Assembly (NCBI RefSeq): GCF_031769215.1
Contig: NW_026782650.1
Coordinates: forward strand, 496,001 to 560,000
Direction: 5' to 3'
DNA length: 64,000 bases
Source of the DNA: Ylistrum balloti
Taxonomy: Eukaryota
The notes below the pieces were generated by a model. That model was given only the letters and a program-made list of their open reading frames with translations. It did not search any database and was not told the DNA's origin. Every line of letters begins with the position of its first letter. Position 1 is the first letter of the stretch. The translations under genes were made by a program, and so were the position numbers. This document shows positions 28,101 to 41,311 of the stretch, piece after piece.

Positions 28101-30465
28101 CAGGTCTGTGCTACTGTGGTTGAATCCTTGGGCACAACTTATTTCCCCACTTGAACTTGATTGGATGCAACGGTCCTCGCGTATGTTGTTCAACGAGGTA
28201 GCTATCAACCATTACAAGGAGATGGCGCCTCAACATGAACATGATAGTTCACGCAAAACTAGCAAACAAACAAACAAATATGTTTCATATACAAGGACAA
28301 CGTCGTTATTACAAAGAAAAACTATCGGAAAAGCATTACAGTAATTTCATCTAGCATTAAATGGACCGTACTAATACGACGAAACAGTGAGTTCACTGAT
28401 TATGTACTAAGTATGTATATTTGATCCGGGTTAATAGCTTTTACAGCTCACTAATGAATTCCGTCAAATTCTAAAGAGTCTGAAATATCAGAAGGATTAA
28501 TACGATACGACACGGTACATTGCCTGACCACCTGGAGAGCTGTCACCTAACCATCCAGAGCAATCATAACAATCATAGATAGTATAAAATCTTTTAGCGA
28601 GCAAGTTTGTAGGTGTGTGACATTGTGATAGTTCTACAGAATCTGTTTTTAACAAATCCTAGCATTTCTTTGTCCAGTTGCTTGTTTATTTGCATGCTAT
28701 TTCAATCTAGCACTCATTTCAATATTGAGATGATTTCTTCTGAATTAAAATTAAAAGTTAAAAATCAAGGTTGAAGTGACTACGAGAAATCTATTTGAAG
28801 GAAACCAGATGTTCTGAAACCCATTTTGTTTTTCGTAAGATTTGATTGAAGTCAGACTGTATGACGTGTGTTTCCAAATGAGGGAATAGTTCTGAACAAC
28901 CAACGCCTATTTCAAATGTCTAAACGGTCATCTGAAGGTCAGCGTTTGAAGCTTCAAGTGGGCGCTGTTCCCGAGAGACGTTCTGAAACTGTGCTATAAA
29001 ACTGCAATCTGACGGCCAACATTATCTAAATGGAGAGTCATTACATTCATTTTACGCCACACAGATTCTAAAGATAAATCCTCAAATATCTCTTGTCCGC
29101 TGTTCAACGTTAATAACGCCCGATGTATTCAAATTTTCCTCTACAATGAACTCATAACGGAAGGCTACATTTGCATGCACCATTCTGCAATGTAAGCCGC
29201 AATCGAAACCAGTAGGTCTCTCTGATAACTCTATATCAAATATCTGACACAGCGAGATGACGTCACGTCATTCCGTTGAATTACCCTTTTCAAATAAAAC
29301 AACTTTAAATCATCATAAATCATGAGCATGCCAGTAGTATTAATTCTTATATTGCCGTCTATCTTTCCTCCCTTCTACCACCCGTGATAGGTATTACACA
29401 ATAACATACATTATTAACTATGCTGCGTAATGTCAGCCATCAGATAACGTTAAATCTACCCCGACCAAGCTCTAAAAATGTTCCAATCTTGTAAAAATCT
29501 GCATGTAATGTTTACGTTGCACGACATACCGTAAACATGTCCTGTACTATACGTCCGCTGAGATCGGTTGTAAGATATGACGTTAGAGTTATATATATAC
29601 ATATTTAACCACTCAGTTTGTCTATCCCACTCTTAATTAAGGAAATCTAACAAAATTTCGTGGAACTAAAATATAATCTCCCTTCATTATATTTTATGAT
29701 CAATAAAGATGAAAATTGGTTCTGTATCACTGAAGATCATAGACCGTCCATCGGTATATGTGTGGGGTATTTCGGTTTTTTGTTTTTGTTTTTTGTCAGT
29801 ATGTATATTTTGCTACGGTTCCTGTTAAGTGTCATTGCCCTCACTTTGCTGTGTTGCTGTGGCTTAAATCTTGACAATGACTCTAAAGTGCTATGAATCC
29901 TTGTGTTGACACGCTACATTTCAGTTCCATCGTGACGTTGACTCCAGTGTGCTATGAATCCTTGTTTTTTGACGCTACAAGTGATTTGTTTTGTCTTTGT
30001 GTGTTGGCAGTTTAAACTTAACTTGTGAGCAGTACATTGCCAAAATACATGTTTGTTTTAACTCTCTAGGTTGAGGCTATAAAATTAACGATTTGTTTGA
30101 TTATCTTTTTAGCATTCATGAGTTTATAACAATAGTGTGTTTCTGGACATCAAGATTCATTAATCTTGTCCACCTGAGAGTCAGTTATTTTGATAGGTTC
30201 AGATGACAGAGAAACTCCCGTTGTCATACAGAGCATTGCAATAACCATTTCTTTAAACCATGTGACATTTTGGTCGTGGTAGTCGTTACAATTTTGTCCC
30301 CAGTTTGATAGTCATTTTCCTTCGTCACTAGTTCAGGAGAACCAATAGCATTTGACAGTTTTTTCCCTTTATTGTCCAGCACTACCTAGTGATAAGGTTA
30401 ATGTTATCACAAAAAGAATGCTATTTTCGCCAATGCTTTCAGCCGTAATGAATGTGAATATAACG

Positions 30466-31840
30466 CAATTTCGTTCTTGTGTGTTGACGGTATAGTACAA
30501 TTTTCTCTCTTTATCTTGACATCCTATTACAATTTCAGCCTGGTGTGTAGACGCTGTTGAACAATTTTCTCTCTGTATCTTGACATCCTAGTACAATATC
30601 GTTCTTGTGTGTTGACGGTACAGTACAATTTTCTCTCTGTATCTTGACATCCTAGTACAATTTCAGCCTGGTATGTTGACACTGTTGTACAATTTTCTCT
30701 CTGTATCTTGACATCCTAGTACAATATCGTTCTTGTGTGTTGACGGTACAGTACAATTTTCTCTCTGTATCTTGACATCCTAGTACAATATCGTTCTTGT
30801 GTGTTGACGGTACAGTACAATTTTCTCTCTGTATCTTGACATCCTAGTACAATTTCAGCCTGGTATGTTGACACTGTTGTACAATTTTCTCTCTGTATCT
30901 TGACATCCCAGTACAATTTCGTTTTTGTGTGTTGACGGTATAGTACAATTTTCTCTCTGTATCTTGACATCCTAGTACAATTTCAGCCTGGTATGTAGAC
31001 GCTGTTGAACAATTTTCTCTGTATCTTGACACCTTAGTACAATTTCGTTCTTGTGTGTTGACGGTATAGTACAATTTTCTCTCTTTATCTTGACATCCTA
31101 GTACAATTTCAGCCTGGTATGTTGACGTTGTTGAACAATTTTCTCTCTGTATCTTGACATCCCAGTACAATTTCGTTTTTGTGTGTTGACGGTATAGTAC
31201 AATTTTCTCTCTGTATCTTGACATCCTAGTACAATTTCAGCCTGGTATGTAGACGCTGTTGAACAATTTTCTCTGTATCTTGACATCCTAGTACAATTTC
31301 GTTCTTGTGTGTTGACGGTATAGTACAATTTTCTCTCTTTATCTTGACATCCTAGTACAATTTCAGCCTGGTATGTTGACGTTGTTGAACAATTTTTTCT
31401 CTGTATCTTGACATCCTAGTACAATTTCAGCCTGGTGTGTAGACGTTGTTGAACAATTTTCTCTCTGTATCTTGACATCCTAGTACAATTTCGTTCTTGT
31501 GTGTTGACGGTATAGTACAATTTTCTCTCTGTATCTTGACATCCTAGTACAATTTCAGCCTGGTGTGTAGACGCTGTTGAACAATTTTCTCTCTGTATCT
31601 TGACATCCTAGTACAATTTCAGCCTGGTGTGTAGACGCTGTTGAACAATTTTTTCTCTGTATCTTGACATCCTAGTACAATTTCAGCCTGGTGTGTAGAC
31701 GCTGTTGAACAATTTTCCCTCTGTATCTTGACAACCTAGTACAATTTCAGCCTGGTGTGTTGACGTTGTTGAACAATTTTCTCTCTGTATCTTGACATCC
31801 AAGTACAATTTCAGCCTGGTGTGTAGACGCTGTTGAACAT
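30466..31840. repeat. 64-nt higher-order minisatellite (constant 32-mer plus one of two variable 32-mers), 22 units, GPCR intron 1
   Basis: Period 64 (30721 to 30785). Both halves begin with TACAAT or AACAAT and contain TTGAC or TAGAC. Confidence 0.95.
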
Positions 31841-33402
31841 TTTTTACCACGTGTGCTGACGTTACGTACACACTATAGCACACTATCATGTTGGTGTTTT
31901 GTGTATTGAAAATTTCTTTAATTCATTTTACTCTCTCCCTGCTTTATCGTTTATTTGCATAATTCCCTTTTACTCCTTTCCAAATTAATTTTATTATAAA
32001 TTTGCACCATATTACCTGTAGATCACACTGTAATATAAGCTGTTTATATAATTATTTCTTTCAAATTCGTTCCAAACTATTTCCTAAATGTTCTTACATT
32101 CAGGGTAACGAGTACTTCACATTCATTTATCGCTTTTAGTTCCGTTTGTCATTTGGAAAGTGAAAAAGCATGATGTTAATTTTACTTTGAAAATAAAGAA
32201 ATAAAAAAGGCGTTTCTATTTACACACGTGGTAAGGTTCATTTTAGGGTCCATTTGTGACACCACAAAGAATATTCAAACTTGTTTTTTGTCACGTGAAG
32301 TAGGCGAACTGAATTTTTAAAAACACATAAAATCTCTCTTTTTTAATCGTTTTGATACGTTGACGCTAAGTGCTTCCTTTGAAGACTGTGTCATTCCAAA
32401 CGGTCCCGTTTTACACTCAGAACTGCTTTCATTAATGTATTTAATATCACATATCTGATTTTGTACACGAGATAGAAATAGCACCATCACAATAGCATAC
32501 GTCGTTTAAATGTGAGCAGCGCCACTATCTCGGATGCAGAAATTGCTTCCTATCGGCAGCTTGATATTGTTTTGTAAAGAAATTGTAAAGAAGACACACA
32601 TGTGAACAGAACCTTTCAAATACAAATACTCGTAATAAGATCGAAAGACAGAAAAGATACTGTGGAACTGGTCATTAATTAATCTGCATCATACAACTGC
32701 TGAAGATTGTAATGAGGCCAAAGAGGCGACTGAGAAATTATTAAATCGGTCAAACTAAATGTGAAAAAAGAAGATGAAGAGGTTAATTTACTTCAATATT
32801 TAGTAAAATTTTCACTTTTCAATATTTAATAATTAAAAAAAAAAAACAAAAACAAAAAAAAAACTCGAAGAAGTATTCCACGGACACAATGGTACTCAGC
32901 CAACATAATAACAAGCAGTTAAAGAGAAGTTGTTTTTCTCCTCAGGTCGTGACCAAAATTCTATACATGTGTATAACAAATAAAGAACGTGTCAAATGTT
33001 ATGTCAGATGTTGACCTTTCATTCTGACCTCCGATTACAATGCCGTAAATATTCTGGTCAGTATATATAGATGGAGAGTAGAATGATATTACCATCGTGA
33101 CGTCATGGAGCGTAGACTGATCTTACCATCGTGACGTCACCTTTGTCTAGTCGCTGCTATTAAATTGGACGGGTTCAGAATAGTTATAGATCACATGATA
33201 CCTATGTCTGTGTGTGATACACTGAGTGGTGGCTACCACTTGTGGAGGGAGGAAATGTCTTATTGAGGCACCCGATTACCCTTTTAATACATGTGTACTA
33301 CAGGCAACGTAATATGTCATATATCGTCAATTGTGAAGTTGTATAAAATAGTTAAGCAGTCTATTGTAGCCTTGCATCTAACTTTGAAAATATCTATTTC
33401 AG

Positions 33403-33942
33403 GATTGCCGCAGGAAGCGTATACAATATGGGAGGCCTATCCATGGAGATTTGGAAAGGAGTTTTGTATATTCAAGGCGATGTTGTCGGAAGTGACGTCA
33501 TATGCATCGGTTCTAACCATCACTGCTTTCACAGTGGAACGATACGTCGCTATATGTCATCCATTGAAATCGCACAAGATGACAGACTTGGGACTCACTA
33601 TCAAGATTATTATCGGCATCTGGATATTTTCTTTACTCTGTGCTATTCCGTATCCAATCCACACGAGGATATTCTATTATGTAAATTATCCTGGGACCAA
33701 CACACCGATCCCTGATTCTTTGTCGTGTAATATCCCTCCGCCATGGCAGGCGCGGATGGGGATCATGTTTCAAGTGTCTTCCTTTCTCTTCTTCATCATC
33801 CCGATGACGCTTATCACCGTCCTCTATATCATGATCGCCGTCACCCTCCGTCGCACGACTCTAAACCGGGCGGGGTCAGAAGACTCGACTCGGGGCAACG
33901 GGACCTCATCACATTCCATAAAAGTAGTCCTCAGGATGTTAG
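33403..33942 (+). CDS. PRXamide-family GPCR, coding exon 2 (TM2 end to ICL3)
   Basis: tttcAG acceptor continues G-LPQE. Contains YPWRFG, TM3 SEVTSYASVLTITAFTVERYVAICHPL, TM4 W and TM5 FFIIPMTLITVLY. Donor g|GTATGA, phase 1. Confidence 0.95.
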
Positions 33943-34996
33943 GTATGACTGTTTCCACATAACAAATAACGTACATAGCATAGAAGCCTATATCACTGAT
34001 TCTGGTTTTATACAAAATCTCACATTTATTTCCATTTCATTTGTATAATTTATGAAACTTTTCAGGTAAGGAGAAAATCGGATATTTGTTTAATAAATCT
34101 ACATGAAATGGAAACGAAGTTATAATTCAATTTATCACAGGATTTTGTAAATAATCCTAAAAATGACATTTAATTCACTGATACAAAATTTTAATTGACG
34201 TTATTTTCACTCTCTATCTTTTTGACTTTTATTTCGTTAATTGCGTCATAATGTATATGTCACCATGATTTTATGGCGTAACAATGAGACTCTTTAGTCA
34301 GTTACAACTCCGCTATAGGTCATGTAATAAAGTCGACCATAAAACAATTATTGTTAGGTACATTATGTATTATTTCCTCAATTTCATATCGTTATGTAAA
34401 CTACACCAAAGTTGGAACCTAGAATTAATGAGAAATATTTTCCGTGTTTCCACATTTCCTAATCAATTAGCCGTAAGGACAGCACAGGTATTTGTTTTTA
34501 ACATTCAATATAACATTCAAACTGTCCTGCTTTGTGTATTTATTAGTGTAACATACCGTGAGGCGTTTTTCTCTGACTGCACCAGTCACAAATTGATTGT
34601 GGTGTCATAATATGGAAAATTACCTTACATCATAAATTGAAAATGACACAATGAAATGCCTGTCTTCCTTTGATTTTGTCTTCCACATTTTGACATTAAA
34701 ACCTGTCAAAATGTAACATTTTTGGAGGCATGAGATAAAAAGCATCTTATCATTCCCTATGAGACTCGCCAAGGCTCGAAAAAATAATCACTTCTTCGAC
34801 TGGTTCATAAAATTTCGTGTTAAATAAAAACTTATTTTATATCCTGTATGTGTTACATTTTACTGCCATGATTCAAAATTTGTTTTAAATGTTCTTGGTT
34901 CATTGTGATGTTATAAGTTTATCACCGATATCCCTATTAATCACCATTGTTTTAAGTTAATCCTAATTATTACATTTTCTAGTGTCACTCTCTTAA

Positions 34997-36235
34997 TTGA
35001 AGTCTTTATGCATCCTACATTAACAGTGGGAAATCATTATAATATACCCCGACAGCTGACTAAAATTGATGTCTTTATATACCGTACATTAACAGTGGGC
35101 TCTCATTATAATATACCCCAACAGCTGACTTTTATAATTGATGTCCTTATATACCGTACATTGACAGTGGACTATCATTATAATATACCCCGACAGCTGA
35201 CTTATGATATATTTCTTTTCCATTGACTTTTCATTATTGGCGAGATATTCCTTCTACTTTGACAGCTGACTATAATAACTGACGAGATATTCCTTCTACT
35301 TTGACAGCTGACTATAATAACTGACGAGATATTCCTTCTACATTGACAGCTGACTATAATAACTGACGAGATATTCCTTCTACTTTGACAGCTGACTATA
35401 ATAACTGACGAGACATTCCTTCTACATTGACAGCTGACTATAATAACTGACAAGACATTCCTTCTACATTGACAGTTGACTATAATAACTGACGAGACAG
35501 TCCTTCTACATTGACAGCTGACTATAACTATTGACGAGATATTCCTTCTACTTTGACAGCTGACTATAACTATTGACGAGATAGTCCTTCTACTTTGACA
35601 GCTGACTATAACTATTGACGAGATTTTCCTTCTACATTGACAGCTGACTATAACTATTGACGAGATATTCCTTCTACTTTGACAGCTGACTATAACTATT
35701 GACGAGATATTCCTTCTACTTTGACAGCTGACTATAACTATTGACGAGATATTCCTTCTACTTTGACAGCTGACTATAACTATTGACGAGATTTTCCTTC
35801 TACTTTGACAGCTGACTATAACTATTGACGAGATATTCCTTCTACAATAAAGATGACCATTATTATTGACAAGATGCTCTTCATACGTTGATCGTTGATT
35901 GTAATAATTAAGTATACACTATTTACAAATTAGAAGTTGACTATGATAATTGTCGATACAATGTATATCACACACACATTGGCAACTGTGACATCACTGA
36001 TAACTTGACAGATGACTATTGTAACTGACGGGATATCTTCATATATAGACAGTTAACAATTATAATCTAGATATATCACTGATAACTTGACAGATGACTA
36101 TTGTAACTGACGGGATATCTTCATATATAGACAGTTAACAATTATAATCTAGATATATCACTGATAACTTGACAGATGACTATTGTAACTGACGGGATAT
36201 CTTCATATATAGACAGTTAACAATTATAATTGACG
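34997..36235. repeat. Compound tandem array in GPCR intron 2: 3 x ~70 nt, ~14 x 42 nt, 3 x 82 nt
   Basis: The 42-mer GACGAGATATTCCTTCTACTTTGACAGCTGACTATAATAACT spans 35239-35847. The 82-mer starts at 35995, 36077 and 36159. All blocks share a GACAG(C/A)TGACTA-like core. Confidence 0.9.
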
Positions 36236-36343
36236 AGATATTATTGATACATTGACAGTTGATTATTTTAAATGACGAGATTTTTTTTTTTACATTGGCA
36301 GTTGAATAAAATAATTGACGATGAATCATTTATACGTTTGCAG

Positions 36344-36469
36344 TTGCCGTTGTTGTGGCCTTCTTTGCATGTTGGGCGCCCTATCACGCCCAGCGACTCA
36401 TGACACTGTACAACACCAACTGGACACAACTCCTACTCGAAGTACAGAGTCATCTTTTCTTTATATCAG
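36344..36469 (+). CDS. PRXamide-family GPCR, coding exon 3 (TM6, ECL3); missed by the ORF track
   Basis: tttgcAG acceptor. Reads V-AVVVAFFACWAPYHAQRLMTLYNTNWTQLLLEVQSHLFFIS-G; CWxP plus HAQRL is typical of the family. Donor g|GTAAAC; 126 nt, phase 1 to 1. Confidence 0.95.
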
Positions 36470-36806
36470 GTAAACAGCTCATACACATAGTTGATTCTGA
36501 TTATTTTTAATATTCACATGTTTATGTTGAAGGATGTCTGAAATGCATACCACCCCTGTAAGACCTATTGGTGTACATACCGGCATGCGTTTGATAAAAA
36601 TGCTTTTGAATCTAATAGTTGATAATAATAAGAATACAAAATGTGTCAATCAATTGTGCAATTTGAATTACCGTTTCTTTCCAGGACTAGCGTAATCCTA
36701 CTGAAATGCCTACATCTAAGATTCATATAAATGTATAGTGATGAGTTGATGTCATAGTAAATTGGTATATCTTTATTAATTTCTTTACCTTTGAAATCCA
36801 TTTCAG

Positions 36807-37345
36807 GTATTCTGTATTTCGTGGGATCCACTGTTAATCCTATTCTGTACAATGTGATGTCTAAACGTTACAGACAGGCTTTCAAAGAAACGATTTGTTG
36901 TTGTATTTGGAAAAAGTCGCTCTATAATCAAAGAACGTTTATGAGTTACACCGGATATTACAAAGGACCTGTAGCAACTCACTTCCGGAAAACGTCACCG
37001 GATTGGAAAGGATCCTGTTACGAAGACTCCATTGTAGAAAATGATCGCACACGTATGAGGAATATGGAACCTCCTGCTTACGACGAACAGGTTAAACTGC
37101 TGAATGATCAGATGCTGGATCAAGTTAGCAATGGACACAGTTCTGGTCTCTCTAGAAACGGAAACAAATTGACTGAGCATTGTCCAACATGCTCAGGCAA
37201 CATGAGTTCCGTGAAAGTGAACCAGAACACCATGGTGAGAGCTGGACCTCCCGGCCACCAAACGGAACTGTTAGATATGAACAGACCAAAGCTGTATCCG
37301 ACAGTTGAGCTCAAAAAAGTTCAGAAGATAGGGACGTGTGTATAG
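36807..37345 (+). CDS. PRXamide-family GPCR, coding exon 4 (TM7 NPILY, helix 8, long C-tail, stop)
   Basis: tttcAG acceptor. Reads G-ILYFVGSTVNPILYNVMSKRYRQAFKET, TAG at 37343-37345. The four exons sum to 1539 nt (512 aa plus stop). Confidence 0.95.
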
Positions 37346-37507
37346 CTTTAAGCAAAAGCGTCCACCTGGATAGTGCTGTGTAATGTGTACGTGCTATATA
37401 AAATGTTTTGGGTGTTTTGAAATCATTTGGATAAACATCGTGTGATCTTCATGAAATCAACATTAACCATTCATAGAATATTATATAGAATGTTGAACAT
37501 TCAGTAA

Positions 37508-37513
37508 AATAAA
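37508..37513 (+). terminator. Candidate polyadenylation signal of the GPCR
   Basis: First AATAAA about 160 nt after the stop codon. The motif is common in AT-rich DNA. Confidence 0.25.
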
Positions 37514-37717
37514 ATATTAACCGTTCACATGTCGTTATCATTGTTTAACTTATGATTTACTCTAGAACACCACACAGAAAACGTCTGTAATGTTACAGGC
37601 CACGTTCAGTTAGCTAGTACATCATCGCTTAGGCTATTTTTTTAAATGAGAAAACCCCACCGCATTCAGGTAGCTAGGCTAGCAGATGAAAAAAATGCGG
37701 AGGGAAGGAGGAAGGAA

Positions 37718-39215
37718 CAGTTACAGATTACAGATAACATGGAGAACGGTTACAGATAACATATAGAACAGTTACAGGTAACAGAGAGAACAGTTACTGG
37801 TTACATATAGAACAAAGATAACATAAAGGACAGTTACAGGTAACATGTAGAACAGAGGGAAAATATAGGACAATTACAGGTAACATGTAGAACAGTTACT
37901 GGTAACATACAGAACAAAGGTAACATAAAGGACAGTTACAGGTAAGATATAGAACAGTTACAGTTAACATATAGAACAGTTACAGGTAACATATAGAACA
38001 TTTATAGGTAACATATAGAACAGTTACTGGTAGCATACAGAACAAAGGTAACATATAGAACAGTTACAGGTAATATGTAGAATAGTTACAGGTAACATAA
38101 AGAACAGTTACAGATAACATATCGAACAGTTACAGGTAACATGTAGAACAGTTACAGGTAGGATATAGAACAGTTACAGGTAACATGTAGAACAGTTACA
38201 GGTAACATTTAGAACAGTTACAGGTAACATATAGAACAGTTATAGGTAACATGTAGAAAAGTTACAGGTAACATATAGATCAGCTACAAGTAATATGTAG
38301 AACAGTTACAAGTAACATATAGAACAGTTATAGGTAACATAAAGAACAGTTACAGATAACATATCGAACAGTTACAGGTAACATGTAGAACAGTTACAGG
38401 TAGGATATACAACAGTTACAGGTAACATGTAGAAAAGTTGCAGGTAACATATAGAACAGCTACAAGTAATATGTAGAACAGTTACAAGTAACATATAGAA
38501 CAGTTATAGGTAACATAAAGAACAGTTACAGGTAACATATCGAACAGTTACAGATTACATAAAGAACAGTTACAGATTACATAAAGAACAGTTACTGAAT
38601 ACATAAAGAACAGTTACAGATAACATATCGAACAGTTACAGATTACATAAAGAACAGTTACAGATAACATATCGAACAGTTACAGATTACATAAAGAACA
38701 GTTACTGATTACATATAGAACAGTTACTGATTACATAAAGAACAGTTTTAGATAACATAAAGAACAGTTACAGATTACATATAGAACAGTTACAGATTAC
38801 ATAAAGAACAGTTACTGATTACATATAGAACAGTTACAGGTAACATATAGAAAGGTTACAGGTAACATACAGAACAGTTACTGATTACATATAGAACAGT
38901 TACTGATTACATATAGAACAGTTACAGATTACATAAAGAACAGTTACTGATTACATATAGAACAGTTACAGGTAACATAAAGAACAGTCACAGGTAGCAT
39001 AGAGGACAGTTACAGGTAACATAAAGAACAGACAGAGGTAACATATAGAACAGTTACAGGTAACATAAAGAACAGTTACTGATTACATATAGAACAGTTA
39101 CAGGTAACATAAAGAACAGTTACAGATAACATAAAGAACAGTTACTGATTACATATAGAACAGTTACTGATTACATATAGAACAGTTACTGATTACATAT
39201 AGAACAGTAACAGTT
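37718..39215. repeat. 22-nt minisatellite (GAACAGTTACAGGTAACATATA), ~68 copies, just downstream of the GPCR
   Basis: Periodicity read directly; a GGTAAC variant dominates the left part and a GATTAC variant the right part. Confidence 0.95.
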
Positions 39216-39791
39216 ACGTGAACTACAGTTGAAATCCCTTCTTAAAAGATGCCAATGTTTTATACATGATATAAACTGTAACAATGTTTGACAACACTTA
39301 AACAGCCTGGCTTTCAATACAAACATTCTAGGCGAGAAAGGCGAGCAACACGCTCTTATTTGGAAACAGTTTTTCCGTTCCTTTCCAGTGTTATTGTTTT
39401 AATGTAGATGGATGCTGGAAGAATAATTTTGTTGGACTTACGTACAATGCTGGAGGATGTTCTGATAGCTAATCAGTTTTTTGCTTTTGTTTTTGCTTTA
39501 TGTGTATCGGGACAGAATCAAGTTCGCTAACAACCCGCTATCTTTACACGTGATGTATAAAATTGCCAATTACCTCCCTTGATATCAATAAAGTTATAAA
39601 TATGGAGAAATCTTTTGTATTCCATGCGGGATTCATTAGACACATTACCGAGACAAGGTATCACTAAAACCAGACATATCAACAGGATGTTTAGGAACAA
39701 TATAGACGAAGGAACTGTTGGATACAGGTATCAGTTACGAGAGTCTTATATTGACCCCGACTTTGAAACCTGACGAAAACAGTATCAGCCA

Positions 39792-40795
39792 AAATAATAC
39801 AACGAATCCTGGTAATGGCGTCGAGTGTAGGAACCTGAGGACATCGAAACCGTAGCTGATCAGTCAACTAAACAATAGGACTGATACATACGTGCAAAGA
39901 GCGGGTCGGTTTGGTTTTTACGTTAAAAAATCTCTGCCGCTCAGATTACGGAGCAAGCTCCTTTGGCTCATTTGTTAGAGGCAATGGAATTCCGGAGTTC
40001 CTGGTCAGAATGCTAGGCGAAGAGGCATATATCAATCATTTAGAAGTAAAGTTTTAAGGTTTTTCTTGACAGTCTCGTCAATGAAAAGGTATTGATAATG
40101 AAGCGTAATATTTAGTCAATATTATTCAAAACAGATACCTTTGGATTGATAGTTTTGGCTTTGGAAACGAAAGTGGTAAATTGTCAACACTCATGAGTTA
40201 CATATGTTTCTCACCAGCATGCTACATGGGAGGTAACTCCTACACTTATCAAACTCTCATATATTGGGAGACTGATAAATATGATTATCAGATAAATAAT
40301 ACAACGAATCCTGGTAATGGCGTCGAGTGTAGGAACCTGAGGACATCGAAACCGTAGCTGATCAGTCAACTAAACAATAGGACTGATACATACGTGCAAA
40401 GAGCGGGTCGGTTTGGTTTTTACGTTAAAAAATCTCTGCCGCTCAGATTACGGAGCAAGCTCCTTTGGCTCATTTGTTAGAGGCAATGGAATTCCGGAGT
40501 TCCTGGTCAGAATGCTAGGCGAAGAGGCATATATCAATCATTTAGAAGTAAAGTTTTAAGGTTTTTCTTGACAGTCTCGTCAATGAAAAGGTATTGATAA
40601 TGAAGCGTAATATTTAGTCAATATTATTCAAAACAGATACCTTTGGATTGATAGTTTTGGCTTTGGAAACGAAAGTGGTAAATTGTCAACACTCATGAGT
40701 TACATATGTTTCTCACCAGCATGCTACATGGGAGGTAACTCCTACACTTATCAAACTCTCATATATTGGGAGACTGATAAATATGATTATCAGAT
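39792..40795. repeat. Head-to-tail duplication of a 502-bp unique segment
   Basis: AAATAATACAACGAATCCTGG starts at 39792 and 40294; ATTATCAGAT ends at 40293 and 40795. No differences were seen by eye. Confidence 0.95.
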
Positions 40796-40919
40796 AATTT
40801 CCGACCAATTTCTTGATAAAGTTGGCTATAATTTAAGAAAAAAACAGCAATATTCAGACCTTAGTTATATCATGTTGCATAGACATGGCAGTGCTAGTGT
40901 TTAAACGTGAAGCAGCAAC

Positions 40920-41010
40920 CTGGTGGTGGGTGGGTCAGTGGTAAAACTCTCGCCATTATCGGGACTTCCAGGGGCCATTCCTCGAATGGACGTTAAGAAG
41001 GAAGGAAGTT
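40920..41010 (+). mobile_element. Possible internally deleted tRNA-derived SINE remnant
   Basis: A-box-like TGGGTCAGTGGTAAA followed by a GGACGTTAA-(GAAG)n tail resembling invertebrate SINE/LINE 3' ends. No B-box was seen. Confidence 0.3.
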
Positions 41011-41311
41011 TATATTTATATATTTTATACTTATTTGAGTTAATTATTAAGACTTTGTATAGTAGCTGACATCAATTAGTGATAATAAATAAGCATACAA
41101 TGTGAAGACGATTATCAGGCTAGCGTTGACTTCATTTGCATACGTTATCTATCCAATATTTGTAAATAAACACAAATTATAGACTTAATGAGTTCGTTAT
41201 ATTTCCGATTTATATTAATTAATGCATAGTTTGATGACATGTGTCTGTATATTTCGAACATAATTCTACCTGAGTGAAAACTTAACTGGATTGCCCTTTT
41301 GTCTCAGTTTT

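Noticed and set aside
27937-28344. 135-aa ORF and GC-richer segment in GPCR intron 1
   Set aside because: No recognisable domain or splice context in either orientation. It may be a decayed transposon, but I cannot support a call.
30466-31840. CRISPR-like array (constant 32-mer with intervening 32-mers)
   Set aside because: The apparent spacers are only two recurring types related to the repeat, there are no cas genes, and the context is a eukaryotic intron.
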